Shown: piece by piece, positions 20,072-28,405 of the stretch
Numbering within the stretch: position 1 is the stretch's first letter
Layout of the letters: each line of letters starts with the position of its first letter
Source of the DNA: Lawsonibacter sp.
Lineage (GTDB): Bacteria > Bacillota > Clostridia > Oscillospirales > Oscillospiraceae
DNA length: 64,000 bases
Assembly (NCBI GenBank): GCA_050251755.1
Contig: JBFWME010000003.1
Span: 15,821-79,820, forward strand
Direction of reading: 5' to 3'
The notes under the pieces: generated by a model
The model's database searches: none
What the model saw: only the letters and a program-made list of their open reading frames with translations
Told to the model about the DNA's origin: nothing
Position numbers and translations under genes: made by a program

Positions 20072-20791
20072 ATGAGTTTTAATCCAAATGAATTTGACCG
20101 CAGCTTTGCTCCGGAGGGCCAGCTGGAAACGCTGGGCCAGTACACAGCCAAGACGTTTCTCTGGATGGTTCTGGGGCTGATGGTGACCTTCGGCGTGGCC
20201 ATGGTCTGCTGGATGACCAATGCGACGGTTTGGGCCTTGACCAATATTCCCTATGTGCATATGATCGTGTTGGTGGCCACCCTGTTTCTTTCCTTTACCA
20301 TGGCCAGCCGGATTGAACGGATGACGGTGGGAACGGCTAAGGGAATGTTTCTTGCCTTTTCCACTCTGTTCGGTTTCACCATGTCCATTTATCTGCTGAT
20401 TTTTCAGCTGGGCAGCCTGATTTTTGTGTTTCTGGCTACCGCCGTCTACTTTGGCGCGCTGGCTGGTTATGGCTACCTGACCCACCGCGATCTGTCCGGG
20501 CTGCGCCCCATTTTGATGTTCGGCCTGATTTTCCTGATCCTATTTGGCATCATCACAATGTTTATCCCGACGTTTACGATGCTTGATCAGGCTGCCTGCT
20601 TGATCGGCGTGGCCATTTTCCTGGGCTTTACCGCCTATGATACACAGAAGATCAAGGCCTACTACCAGTATTATGCGGGTTACCCCGATATGCTGGCCAA
20701 GGCATCTGTTTTCGCTGCCCTGCAGCTATATCTGGACTTTTTAAACCTGTTTTTGTACCTGCTGCGGTTTTTGGGCAACAGGAGAAACTAA
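20072..20791 (+). CDS. Bax inhibitor-1/YccA family membrane protein
   Basis: About 7 TM helices; FTAYDTQKIK and AALQLYLDFLNLFLYLLR C-terminal signature. Confidence 0.93.
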   Translation: MSFNPNEFDRSFAPEGQLETLGQYTAKTFLWMVLGLMVTFGVAMVCWMTNATVWALTNIPYVHMIVLVATLFLSFTMASRIERMTVGTAKGMFLAFSTLFGFTMSIYLLIFQLGSLIFVFLATAVYFGALAGYGYLTHRDLSGLRPILMFGLIFLILFGIITMFIPTFTMLDQAACLIGVAIFLGFTAYDTQKIKAYYQYYAGYPDMLAKASVFAALQLYLDFLNLFLYLLRFLGNRRN

Positions 20792-20814
20792 AACAGTTCC
20801 GAATTGCGCACAAC

Positions 20815-20857
20815 AAAAACGCAATGTCCGCCTGAATAAGGTGGACATTGCGTTTTT
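20815..20857. terminator. bidirectional intrinsic terminator
   Basis: AAAAACGCAATGTCCGCCT-GAATA-AGGTGGACATTGCGTTTTT between convergent genes. Confidence 0.9.
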
Positions 20858-20874
20858 CATCGAAATAATTCTAC

Positions 20875-21417
20875 TCAGCGGTAGGACAGAAGTACATCCA
20901 CGTCTTTCCGCTTGGGGGCTGGACCAATTTCAGCGGCATGGCCCAACGCGATCAAGGCCATCAGCTCCTGATCTTCGGGAATTTGAAGATATGCTTCCAG
21001 TCCCTTGCGGTCGAAGACACCCATAATAACGGTTGCCAGCCCCAAATCGTGGGCAGCCAGGCAGAAGGTCTGGGTGGCAATGCCACAGTCGTAATACTGC
21101 CAGCCATCCTCGCGATCGGTGCTGTAGGTACCGTCCCGTTCAAAGCCGCTGCGGGATTTGACAAAGGTTTGGGCAATCAGCAAAGGAGCGCTGCTGAGGA
21201 TGGACGGGTTGTTGGAGCCCGGCAGGCAGAACCGGTCGATGATAGTCTGGCGGACAGCCGGATCTTCAATCGCGAGGTAGCGGCTGATTTGGGTGTTTTT
21301 CCAGGAAGGAGCATAGGAAGCCAGAGAGACAATCTGTTCCAACTGCTCGTGGGTGACGGGCTCCTGCGTATATTTACGCACGCTCCGGCGGGTCAAAATA
21401 CAGGTTTGGGTATCCAT
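20875..21417 (-). CDS. nitroreductase family protein
   Basis: ILTRRSVRKY, APSWKNTQ, CLAAHDLGLATVIMG, R(K)DVDVLL; GGAGG RBS; only minus-strand gene called. Confidence 0.92.
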   Translation of the reverse strand: MDTQTCILTRRSVRKYTQEPVTHEQLEQIVSLASYAPSWKNTQISRYLAIEDPAVRQTIIDRFCLPGSNNPSILSSAPLLIAQTFVKSRSGFERDGTYSTDREDGWQYYDCGIATQTFCLAAHDLGLATVIMGVFDRKGLEAYLQIPEDQELMALIALGHAAEIGPAPKRKDVDVLLSYR

Positions 21418-21692
21418 AAAAATTTACCTCCAATCATGTACAAAACAGATGAATTTATAGTATAGAAGCGCTTTGTAATTCTGATATGGTTTTGTTCAGC
21501 CCCCTTATGGGGCAACCAAAAAAGAGAACCCTGATCCCATTTCTGCTTAGCGTCCATGGTATCTTGAACCCGGAGGATTGTCAAGGGCGGGGAAACAATT
21601 TTCACTTTGGAGTCAGTATGACGCGTTTGCGGCAGACAAAAATTCGGGTGGGCCTGCAGCAAAAAGAAAATGTCGGAGGAATCGGATTCTGC

Positions 21693-21721
21693 TTTTCATT
21701 TCCGGAAAAACATGATAGAAT
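21693..21721 (+). promoter_or_regulatory. probable sigma-A promoter of ruvC operon (extended -10)
   Basis: TTTTCA, 17 bp, TAGAAT (21716-21721) with TG at 21713-21714. Confidence 0.6.
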
Positions 21722-21722
21722 A

Positions 21723-21736
21723 CCAACGTATGTACA
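21723..21736. promoter_or_regulatory. candidate LexA (SOS/Cheo) box
   Basis: CCAACGTATGTACA matches CGAACRNRYGTTYG at 11/14; lies just downstream of the -10 of ruvCAB. Confidence 0.4.
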
Positions 21737-21755
21737 TTGGACGGGGGAGGGCACC

Positions 21756-22277
21756 ATGATCATTTTAGGCATCGACCCCGGAGTGGCTACCATCGGCTTC
21801 GGGGTGCTCCGGACTGAGCGGCAGAAGAATATTCTGCTGCAATACGGTGTCATTACCACTCCTCCCGGCATTCCACTGTCAAGCCGGCTACTCCAGATTT
21901 CCGACGACATGGAGGAGCTGATTCACCGGTTTCATCCCGATGAAATGGCGGTGGAAGAGCTGTTTTTTACCAAAAACATCACCACAGGCATTGCGGTGGC
22001 CCATGGACGCGGCGTGATTCTGCTGGCGGCGGAAAAGCTTGGGGTCCCTGTTTTTGAGTATACGCCCATGCAGGTGAAGCAGGCTGTGGCAGGCTATGGA
22101 AAGGCGGACAAGCGCCAGGTCATGCTGATGACCCAGAGGCTGCTTGGCATGAAGGAGATCCCACGGCCGGATGACGCCGCCGACGCTCTGGCACTGGCCA
22201 TCTGCCACGGCCGATCTGCCACATCCCGGCTGAATACCGATCGGGTGTTCGATCCACAGAAATACGACACGAGGTAA
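21756..22277 (+). CDS. ruvC: Holliday junction resolvase
   Basis: ILGIDPG, AVEELFF, YTPMQVK, PDDAADALALAICH; ATG after GGGAGG. Confidence 0.97.
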   Translation: MIILGIDPGVATIGFGVLRTERQKNILLQYGVITTPPGIPLSSRLLQISDDMEELIHRFHPDEMAVEELFFTKNITTGIAVAHGRGVILLAAEKLGVPVFEYTPMQVKQAVAGYGKADKRQVMLMTQRLLGMKEIPRPDDAADALALAICHGRSATSRLNTDRVFDPQKYDTR

Positions 22278-22283
22278 TGCGCT

Positions 22284-22889
22284 ATGTTCTACTCTCTCAC
22301 CGGCACGGTGGCCCACATCGGACCATATCTGGCCGTCATCGACTGCGGCGGAGTCGGGTATGCCTGCCGCACCACCAGCTACACCATCTCCGCCCTAAAA
22401 AAGGGGGAAAAAGGGAAGCTGTTTACCCATCTGAACGTCCGGGAGGACGCGATGGAGCTGTATGGCTTTGCCACCCAGGAGGAGCTGAACCTGTTCCAGC
22501 AGCTGATCTCGGTCTCCGGCGTCGGACCCAAGGCTGCCCTGTCCATCCTGTCCGCCAGCACTCCGGCCAACCTGGCACTGTCCATCATCACGGGGGATGA
22601 GAAGGCCTTGACCTGTGCCCAGGGCATCGGCAAAAAAATTGCCCAGCGGGTCATTTTAGAGTTGAAAGATAAGCTCGCCAAGGGTCAGACGCTGAATGGG
22701 GCGGGGGAGCGCTACGGCGGTTCCGGCGTTACCATTATTCCGGAGAATAAGCTGTCTGAAGCCTCGGCGGCGCTGGCCGTTTTGGGGTATTCCCAGGCTG
22801 AAATCAACCTTGCGCTGAAAGACGTTGATCTGGACGAACTTACTCTGGAGCAAATCATTAAGCAGGCCCTGAAAAAAATGATGAAGTAA
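22284..22889 (+). CDS. ruvA: Holliday junction branch migration protein RuvA
   Basis: VIDCGGVGY, LYGF, LISVSGVGPKAAL, GIGKKIAQRVILELKDK. Confidence 0.97.
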   Translation: MFYSLTGTVAHIGPYLAVIDCGGVGYACRTTSYTISALKKGEKGKLFTHLNVREDAMELYGFATQEELNLFQQLISVSGVGPKAALSILSASTPANLALSIITGDEKALTCAQGIGKKIAQRVILELKDKLAKGQTLNGAGERYGGSGVTIIPENKLSEASAALAVLGYSQAEINLALKDVDLDELTLEQIIKQALKKMMK

Positions 22890-23003
22890 TTGGGAAATGC
22901 CGGAGGAGTATATGGTGACTTGTGAGCGAACAACCCCATGCCACCGATAGAACTTCCCTGGTGTGCTGCAAGCCAGTGTATCAATGGATAGGAGGAAGCA
23001 TGT

Positions 23004-23348
23004 ATGGCGAAACTGGAGCGCAGGCTGCGAGGCAACTTTGACGACGCGCTGCATTATTTCCACCAAGGTATCCTGGAGGGCAGCATGTCTGCAAGCTATG
23101 AGGATGGCAGCGACTATCAGGCCGACCGTGTCCGCTGTGCCGTCCGGGTGTATGAGCGGTACAGCTGCGCCGGAGGAAACCGGGTAAGTATGAACCTGAC
23201 CTTGGTGGGAGAGGGAGAAGATCTGTTTCTCTCTGTGATTACCTCCGGCGGCAGCCAAGCTATGTTTTTTAAGATCAACACCTGGGGGGAGGAAGCGTTT
23301 CTGGATACCATCCGGGAACTGGCTGACCGCTATTCCGGCAATGAATGA
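23004..23348 (+). CDS. conserved hypothetical protein (DUF6054-like)
   Basis: GGAGG RBS; ...[12 protein letters not shown]...[18 protein letters not shown]...[20 protein letters not shown] resembles DUF6054 as recalled. Confidence 0.75.
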   Translation: MAKLERRLRGNFDDALHYFHQGILEGSMSASYEDGSDYQADRVRCAVRVYERYSCAGGNRVSMNLTLVGEGEDLFLSVITSGGSQAMFFKINTWGEEAFLDTIRELADRYSGNE

Positions 23349-23377
23349 TTCCACCGCTTAAGACAGGAAGTGAGTCT

Positions 23378-24445
23378 TTGTCCATCGATTTTTCCAACCA
23401 AGAATTTGACACGGAGGATTTTGAACCCCTTGTCACCACGTCTTTGACGAAGGAGGATGAGGGGGAGTACTCCCTGCGCCCTAAGACACTGAAAGAGTAT
23501 ATCGGACAGGAGAAGGCGAAGGGGAACCTGGAGGTCTTTATTCAAGCGGCTAAGATGCGTGGAGAACCGTTGGATCATGTGCTCCTTCACGGACCTCCGG
23601 GTTTGGGCAAAACCACCCTGTCCGGCATCATCGCCAACGAAATGGGGGTCAACGTGCGAATCACCTCCGGCCCAGCCATCGAGAAAGCGGGGGATCTGGC
23701 TGCGCTGTTGACCAACCTGAATGAACATGATATTCTCTTTGTGGACGAGATACACCGCCTGAACCGACAGGTGGAGGAGATCCTCTACCCGGCCATGGAA
23801 GACTACGCCATCGACATTATCATCGGCAAGGGGCCGTCTGCCAATTCCATCCGCCTGGATCTGCCCCGATTTACCCTGATCGGCGCCACCACCCGGGCTG
23901 GGCAGCTGTCCGCGCCCCTGCGGGACCGGTTTGGTGTCACGCTGCGGTTGGAACTTTACACCCCAGAGGAGTTGTCCCTGATCGTGACCCGCTCTGCCGA
24001 TATTCTAAAGGTTCCCATCGAGTCCGATGGAGCCATGGAGATTGCCCGCCGTTCCCGGGGAACGCCGCGTATTGCAAACCGTATGCTGCGTCGGGTGCGG
24101 GACTTTGCCCAGGTGCGGGCGGGCGGCGTGATCACCAAGCGAGTGGCGGACGAGGCGCTGACCGCACTGGAGGTGGACCGTCTGGGGCTGGACGCCATCG
24201 ACCGGCGGATGCTGACCAGCATCATTGAAAATTATAAAGGCGGGCCGGTTGGGCTGGATACTCTGGCCGCCACCATCCATGAGGAGGCCGTCACGCTGGA
24301 GGATGTCTACGAGCCCTATTTGATGCAGCTCGGGTTTCTTTCCAGGACTCCCCGCGGCCGCTGCGTGACCGTCAAGGCTTATCAGCATTTGGGACTTTCA
24401 GTCCCCGGAGTGCAGTGTGAGGAACTGGACCAGCTTTCCCTGTAA
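23378..24445 (+). CDS. ruvB: Holliday junction branch migration helicase RuvB
   Basis: [43 protein letters not shown]; TTG start likely (ORF opens at 23345). Confidence 0.98.
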   Translation: MSIDFSNQEFDTEDFEPLVTTSLTKEDEGEYSLRPKTLKEYIGQEKAKGNLEVFIQAAKMRGEPLDHVLLHGPPGLGKTTLSGIIANEMGVNVRITSGPAIEKAGDLAALLTNLNEHDILFVDEIHRLNRQVEEILYPAMEDYAIDIIIGKGPSANSIRLDLPRFTLIGATTRAGQLSAPLRDRFGVTLRLELYTPEELSLIVTRSADILKVPIESDGAMEIARRSRGTPRIANRMLRRVRDFAQVRAGGVITKRVADEALTALEVDRLGLDAIDRRMLTSIIENYKGGPVGLDTLAATIHEEAVTLEDVYEPYLMQLGFLSRTPRGRCVTVKAYQHLGLSVPGVQCEELDQLSL

Positions 24446-24521
24446 GGAAGTGGCTGGCCTGAATTCTATGGATCCTGATATTAGAAGGGATCCAAACCAA
24501 CAACAATGAGAGGTTATCCAC

Positions 24522-25880
24522 ATGGGAAAATTATTTGGAACCGATGGGATCCGCGGCGTGGTCAACGCCGGACTGGATGCTGATCTTGCTTATAAAGTCG
24601 GGCTGGCCGCTGCCATGGTGCTGGCCAAGGACAAAAAGCCGGGGGAGAAGCCCTTGGTTACCATTGGAAAGGACACCCGCATTTCCGGGGATCTGCTGAA
24701 GGGATCCCTCATCGCCGGGCTGTGCACCGCAGGGGCGGACGTGCTGGATTTGGGCACCCTGCCCACCCCGGGTGTGGCATGGGTGACCGTGGACGAGGGG
24801 GCGGATGCCGGCATCGTCATCTCGGCCAGCCACAATCCGTTTGAACACAATGGCATCAAAATCTTCAATGGCCAGGGGTTCAAACTGTCCGATGAACTGG
24901 AGGAGAAGATCGAAGATATTGTTCTGTTTGGCCACAATAATGTGCCCATGAAGACATATGGGGACATCGGTAAGGTGAGCTATGTGGCCCCTAAGGCCTC
25001 GGAGGATTACATCGACCATTTGGAGGCCACCATCGACTCCACCCTGGGCGGTCTGCGTATTCTGGTGGACTGCGCCAACGGCGCCGCTTCCGCCACGGCC
25101 GCGCGGCTGTTCGACCGGTTTTCCAAGCTGCGCACCGACGTCATTAACGCGGATCCGGACGGGGTGAATATCAACGACCGGTGTGGCTCTACCCACATGG
25201 ATGCCCTTGCCGCCATGGTGAAGGCCGGCGGCTACGACATCGGGATTGCGTTTGATGGGGATGCCGACCGCTGCCTGGCTGTGGATGAGCTTGGGAACCT
25301 GATTGACGGAGATCAGATCATGGCCGCCTGCGGCCTGGATTTCATGAAAAAGGGTACCTTGTGTGGAAATACGGTTGTAGCCACTGTCATGTCCAATCTG
25401 GGACTCCATGTCTATGCCAGGGAGCAGGGGATCCAGCTGGAGTGTACCAATGTCGGGGACCGGAATGTGCTGGAGCGGATGGTGGAGAAGGGCTACGTGA
25501 TCGGCGGGGAGCAGTCCGGCCACATGATCTTTCTTGAGCATGCCACGACCGGGGATGGGGAACTGACTGCGCTGCAGATGCTGGCCCTGCTGAAGGAGAG
25601 CGGAAAAAAAGCCTCGGAACTTTTTGGCGCTTGTCCTCGGTATCCGCAGGTGCTCATTAATATCCCGGTGGAAAGCAACGATGTTAAAAAAGCGGTCATG
25701 GCCAGCGAAACCCTGTCCCAGGCCATCCAACAAGAGGAAGCTGCGTTGGGTCAGGAGGGCCGTGTCCTGATTCGTCCCTCTGGAACTGAGGCCCTGATGC
25801 GGGTGATGGTTGAGGCAAAAACCGAAGAAATTGCCCAGTCTGCTGCCCGTCGGTTGGCCGATCTCATTGGCGGGTTGTAA
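24522..25880 (+). CDS. glmM: phosphoglucosamine mutase
   Basis: LFGTDGIRG, ISASHNP, DGDADR, GGEQSGH, RPSGTE. Confidence 0.96.
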   Translation: MGKLFGTDGIRGVVNAGLDADLAYKVGLAAAMVLAKDKKPGEKPLVTIGKDTRISGDLLKGSLIAGLCTAGADVLDLGTLPTPGVAWVTVDEGADAGIVISASHNPFEHNGIKIFNGQGFKLSDELEEKIEDIVLFGHNNVPMKTYGDIGKVSYVAPKASEDYIDHLEATIDSTLGGLRILVDCANGAASATAARLFDRFSKLRTDVINADPDGVNINDRCGSTHMDALAAMVKAGGYDIGIAFDGDADRCLAVDELGNLIDGDQIMAACGLDFMKKGTLCGNTVVATVMSNLGLHVYAREQGIQLECTNVGDRNVLERMVEKGYVIGGEQSGHMIFLEHATTGDGELTALQMLALLKESGKKASELFGACPRYPQVLINIPVESNDVKKAVMASETLSQAIQQEEAALGQEGRVLIRPSGTEALMRVMVEAKTEEIAQSAARRLADLIGGL

Positions 25881-25942
25881 CATTCCACAAAGAAGAATTT
25901 TTCAGGGTATGGAGAAATAAACAAAAATTTTCTGCTGAACCC

Positions 25943-25971
25943 TTGACAAATCCGGTGATTTTGTTTATTAT
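25943..25971 (+). promoter_or_regulatory. sigma-A-like promoter overlapping the sigH start region
   Basis: TTGACA (25943-25948), 17 bp, TATTAT (25966-25971). Confidence 0.6.
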
Positions 25972-26608
25972 GATTTATAGTCGAAATGTTGATTGGCAGG
26001 TTGATTTATTCCAAAATCTTACAGATGAGGAATTGTGTTTACGCGCTTCCCACGGGAATAACCAAGCAGAGACCGAGTTGGTTCGCCGATATGGGCAGTT
26101 AGTTCGCGCTTGTGCCCGCCCCCTGTTTTTGGCGGGAGGGGACAGCGAGGATCTGATTCAGGAAGGAATGTTAGGCCTGCTCACCGCGATTCGGGGCTTT
26201 GACCCGGGGCGGGATGCCTCGTTCCATACCTATGCGGAAATTTGTGTCCGCAGCCGTCTGCTCACCGCGATTCGGGCGGCTCAGGGCGGAAAGCACGCCC
26301 CTTTGAACCACAGTGTTTCTTTTGAACCCCCTCTTTTTGATGGAACCAACGCGCACCTGTTTTCTAGCGTCAAGAGCCCGGAGGACGTCATCATCGGCAG
26401 GGAGGAACTGAAAGAGCGCCTTGACGCTCTGAAGTGCCAGTTGTCTGAACTAGAAGCAAACATTTTACCACTCTACCTCAAAGGGCTCTCTTGCGGAGAG
26501 ATTGCCGATCGGGTAGGCCGCTCCCAAAAGTCAGTGGACAACGCAATCCAGCGCATTCGACGCAAGGTAGTGCGGCAATTTTCTTCCGGCGTATCCAGCG
26601 AGAGCTGA
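25970..26608 (+). CDS. sigH: SigH-like RNA polymerase sigma factor
   Basis: LFLAGGDSEDLIQEGMLGLL.AIR.FD, ASFHTYAEICV, region 4 KSVDNAIQRIRRK; start codon uncertain. Confidence 0.85.
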   Translation: MIYSRNVDWQVDLFQNLTDEELCLRASHGNNQAETELVRRYGQLVRACARPLFLAGGDSEDLIQEGMLGLLTAIRGFDPGRDASFHTYAEICVRSRLLTAIRAAQGGKHAPLNHSVSFEPPLFDGTNAHLFSSVKSPEDVIIGREELKERLDALKCQLSELEANILPLYLKGLSCGEIADRVGRSQKSVDNAIQRIRRKVVRQFSSGVSSES

Positions 26609-26670
26609 TCGCAATATTACACCGCCCGATCCGTTATGCATTGGGCAACAGTCAAAGAGAGGGAAAATCC

Positions 26671-26949
26671 ATGTACGAAGACAAGATCCTGGTATGCAAA
26701 GAGTGCGGCAACGAGTTTACGTTTACTGCCGGTGAGCAGGAGTTCTACGCTGAGCGTGGCTTCCAGAACGAGCCCCAGCGTTGCAAGAACTGCCGCGACG
26801 CCCGCAAGAACGCTGCCCGTGGCCCCCGTGAGTACTTCACCGCCACTTGCGCTGCTTGCGGAGGTGAGGCTAAGGTTCCGTTCCAGCCGAAGTCTGACCG
26901 TCCTGTCTACTGTAGTGACTGCTTCGCCAAGATGCGTGAGCAGGGCTAA
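26671..26949 (+). CDS. small zinc-ribbon protein (CxxC-x17-CxxC type)
   Basis: DKILVCKECG.EF.FTAGEQEFY.ERGF.NEPQRC..C and C..CG.EAKVPF.P..DRPVYCSDCF; codon choice resembles highly expressed genes. Confidence 0.92.
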   Translation: MYEDKILVCKECGNEFTFTAGEQEFYAERGFQNEPQRCKNCRDARKNAARGPREYFTATCAACGGEAKVPFQPKSDRPVYCSDCFAKMREQG

Positions 26950-26962
26950 TATTTGCCAGGAA

Positions 26963-26993
26963 AAAAAGGACGCCCGCTTTGGGCGTCCTTTTT
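26963..26993. terminator. intrinsic terminator
   Basis: AAAAAGGACGCCC-GCTTT-GGGCGTCCTTTTT. Confidence 0.9.
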
Positions 26994-27082
26994 CTGCTTT
27001 TTTTAAAACATGCTGCTTTTGTGGAAAAGCCGGATTTTGGAATATGATAATAGGGCGGATGAAGATTTTTTGGAATTTTTCA

Positions 27083-27111
27083 TTGAAAATAGGGAGAAGA
27101 TAAGATATAAT
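27083..27111 (+). promoter_or_regulatory. sigma-A promoter
   Basis: TTGAAA, 17 bp, TATAAT. Confidence 0.7.
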
Positions 27112-27221
27112 ACCGGCAAGCGGATGTTGTGTCTTTGATTTTAAATCTTTTGTCCTTGCCTCACGGTGGATGAAAAAGATGCATGATATCCGAATGAAAA
27201 CGAAAATGGAGGAATCCTCAC

Positions 27222-27425
27222 ATGACGATTACAAAGGATACCATTATTGGTGATATTTTGACCATTGCGCCTCAGACTGCGCCTTTGTTTATGGGCATTG
27301 GAATGCACTGTTTGGGGTGTCCCGCCTCCCGGGGGGAGACGGTAGAGCAGGCCTGCATGGTGCACGGTGTGGATGCGGACGACCTGCTGGCGAAGGTCAA
27401 CGAGATGATTGCCGCTGGTAAGTAA
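27222..27425 (+). CDS. DUF1858 domain protein (ScdA-N-like, Cys-containing)
   Basis: ITKDTIIGDIL...GMHCLGCPASRGETVEQACMVHGVD.D.LL..VN; GGAGG RBS. Confidence 0.9.
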   Translation: MTITKDTIIGDILTIAPQTAPLFMGIGMHCLGCPASRGETVEQACMVHGVDADDLLAKVNEMIAAGK

Positions 27426-27428
27426 GAT

Positions 27429-27466
27429 AAAAAAACAGGGGCGGAATTTTCCGCCTCTGTTTTTTT
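27429..27466. terminator. intrinsic terminator
   Basis: AAAAAAACAGGGGCGG-AATTTT-CCGCCTCTGTTTTTTT. Confidence 0.88.
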
Positions 27467-27502
27467 GCAATGCAAAAGCATAGCAAAAAGGAATTCATAC
27501 GC

Positions 27503-27628
27503 ATGCCGCTCCCAGCAAAACCGGCAACTGTCCCACAAGGTGTAAACGTTCAGGTGCTTCAAATTGTACGTAATTGCCCTCCCGTTGCAGGGAAAAGGCC
27601 AGTGATACCACCATACTGTGCTGGATAG
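27503..27628 (+). CDS. possible 41-aa Pro-rich small protein
   Basis: MPLPAKPATVPQGVNVQVLQIVRNCPPVAGKRPVIPPYCAG; AAGGA about 10 nt upstream; below ORF-track cutoff; no known family recognised. Confidence 0.25.
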   Translation: MPLPAKPATVPQGVNVQVLQIVRNCPPVAGKRPVIPPYCAG

Positions 27629-27694
27629 AAAAAAGGGCTCTTCCGCGTGTGCGTTTGTCGGAGCCATTTCATTGATTTTGACCACGGAGGAACG

Positions 27695-28405
27695 ATGAGC
27701 AAATATATTGAACTGTCGCCAAGGCTGCGGATGGTAGCCGATTTGGTACCGAAGGGGGCGCGGCTAGCCGATGTGGGCACCGATCATGCCTATCTGCCCG
27801 CCGCCCTAATTCTGGAGGGGGTTATCCCATCCGCCATTGCAGCTGATTTGCGCCAGGGACCGCTGAACCGGGCAAGAATCACGGTTCAGACGTGCGGATT
27901 AACGGGCCGGGTCACGTTCCGGCTGTGCGATGGCCTGTCCGGAATTCGTCCGGAGGAAGTGGAGGCCGTGGTGATCGCCGGTATGGGGGGCGAGACCATT
28001 GCCGCCATTTTAGCCGCCGCCCCATGGACCCGGGAACGGGATATCCCATTGGTGCTGCAGCCCATGTCCTCCATGCCGGATCTGCGCTCCTGGCTAGCGG
28101 GAAATGGGTATCGCATCCTGACCGAACAGCTGGCCAGGGAAGGGGATACCCTGTATACCGCGCTGTCTGTCCGGGCCGGAGAGATGGAGAAACTGACTCC
28201 GGCGGAACTTTGGGCTGGGAAAAACCGCCTTCAGCCCTTACGGGAAATTTGGCTGGACCGCTGGCTGGAAAAGACCGAGCGAGCCCTGGATGGGCTGGCC
28301 CAGGCCAAGCAGGAGGCCGGAGTGGCGCAGCACCGCACCCTACTGGAGCAGGTCAGAACCGGGCTTCTGGATATGAAAAAGGAGTGGGAAATGTGGCAAC
28401 CGTAA
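27695..28405 (+). CDS. trmK: tRNA (adenine-22-N1)-methyltransferase
   Basis: LSPRL..VA..V, ADVGTDHAYLP, DGLSG, IAGMGGETI, LVLQPM. Confidence 0.93.
   Translation: MSKYIELSPRLRMVADLVPKGARLADVGTDHAYLPAALILEGVIPSAIAADLRQGPLNRARITVQTCGLTGRVTFRLCDGLSGIRPEEVEAVVIAGMGGETIAAILAAAPWTRERDIPLVLQPMSSMPDLRSWLAGNGYRILTEQLAREGDTLYTALSVRAGEMEKLTPAELWAGKNRLQPLREIWLDRWLEKTERALDGLAQAKQEAGVAQHRTLLEQVRTGLLDMKKEWEMWQP

Noticed and set aside
24514-24522. Perfect DnaA box TTATCCACA at the glmM start (another at 32754-32762 in thrC)
   Set aside because: Isolated single boxes, one inside a CDS, with no cluster or AT-rich unwinding element; compatible with chance
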